Of a stretch of DNA of 64,000 nucleotides, positions 63,812 through 64,000 are shown one piece after another. The translations under genes were made by a program, and so were the position numbers. Position 1 is the stretch's first letter; every line of letters begins with the position of its first letter. The stretch lies in NCBI RefSeq assembly GCF_009834535.1, contig NC_045697.1:44580001-44644000 (forward strand), in the 5' to 3' direction. This DNA is from Camelus ferus. Lineage: Eukaryota. Below the pieces are notes generated by a model. That model saw only the letters and a list, made by a program, of their open reading frames with translations, was not told where the DNA came from and made no database searches.

Positions 63812-64000
63812 ATCTAGCATTCATGTTTAATATTTAAAATATTTCACAGTTGATATTGTATATTTTTTACTGGGTCATCTCAAAAAGAACAAAACAATTG
63901 GTTTTTAATTAGTGGGTCCAAGTATTGTCTACCTGATTCGTCCACGCTATAGTTTCTCATTTATCTTTCACCCAAGGATTTTAATAGTCATTGATGATCA

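Overview
This is repeat-rich, AT-rich mammalian non-coding DNA, most likely from a camelid (alpaca, llama or camel). The lineage call rests on three copies of a tRNA-Ala-derived SINE that resembles the camelid Vic-1 family. I found no supportable host protein-coding exon. The recognisable ORFs are decayed LINE-1 ORF2p or ERV-L pol fragments. The window is a mosaic of L1, L2, MIR, MaLR/ERVL/ERV1 LTRs and hAT MITEs. The clearest unusual element is a U6 snRNA-LINE-1 chimeric retrocopy at 62081-63550 (minus strand): a full-length U6 fused through its T5 end to a 5'-truncated L1, inside one target-site duplication (TSD). Other notable items are a scrambled, partly inverted ERV-L pol relic (47880-49335), two successive L1 insertions at one target site (11624-12027), a TSD-flanked orphan poly(A) retrocopy (24529-24777), a twin-primed inverted L1 (41452-42345) and a well-preserved MER53 hairpin. 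Repeat family names come from my recall of consensus sequences, not from a database search. Boundaries without TSDs are approximate.
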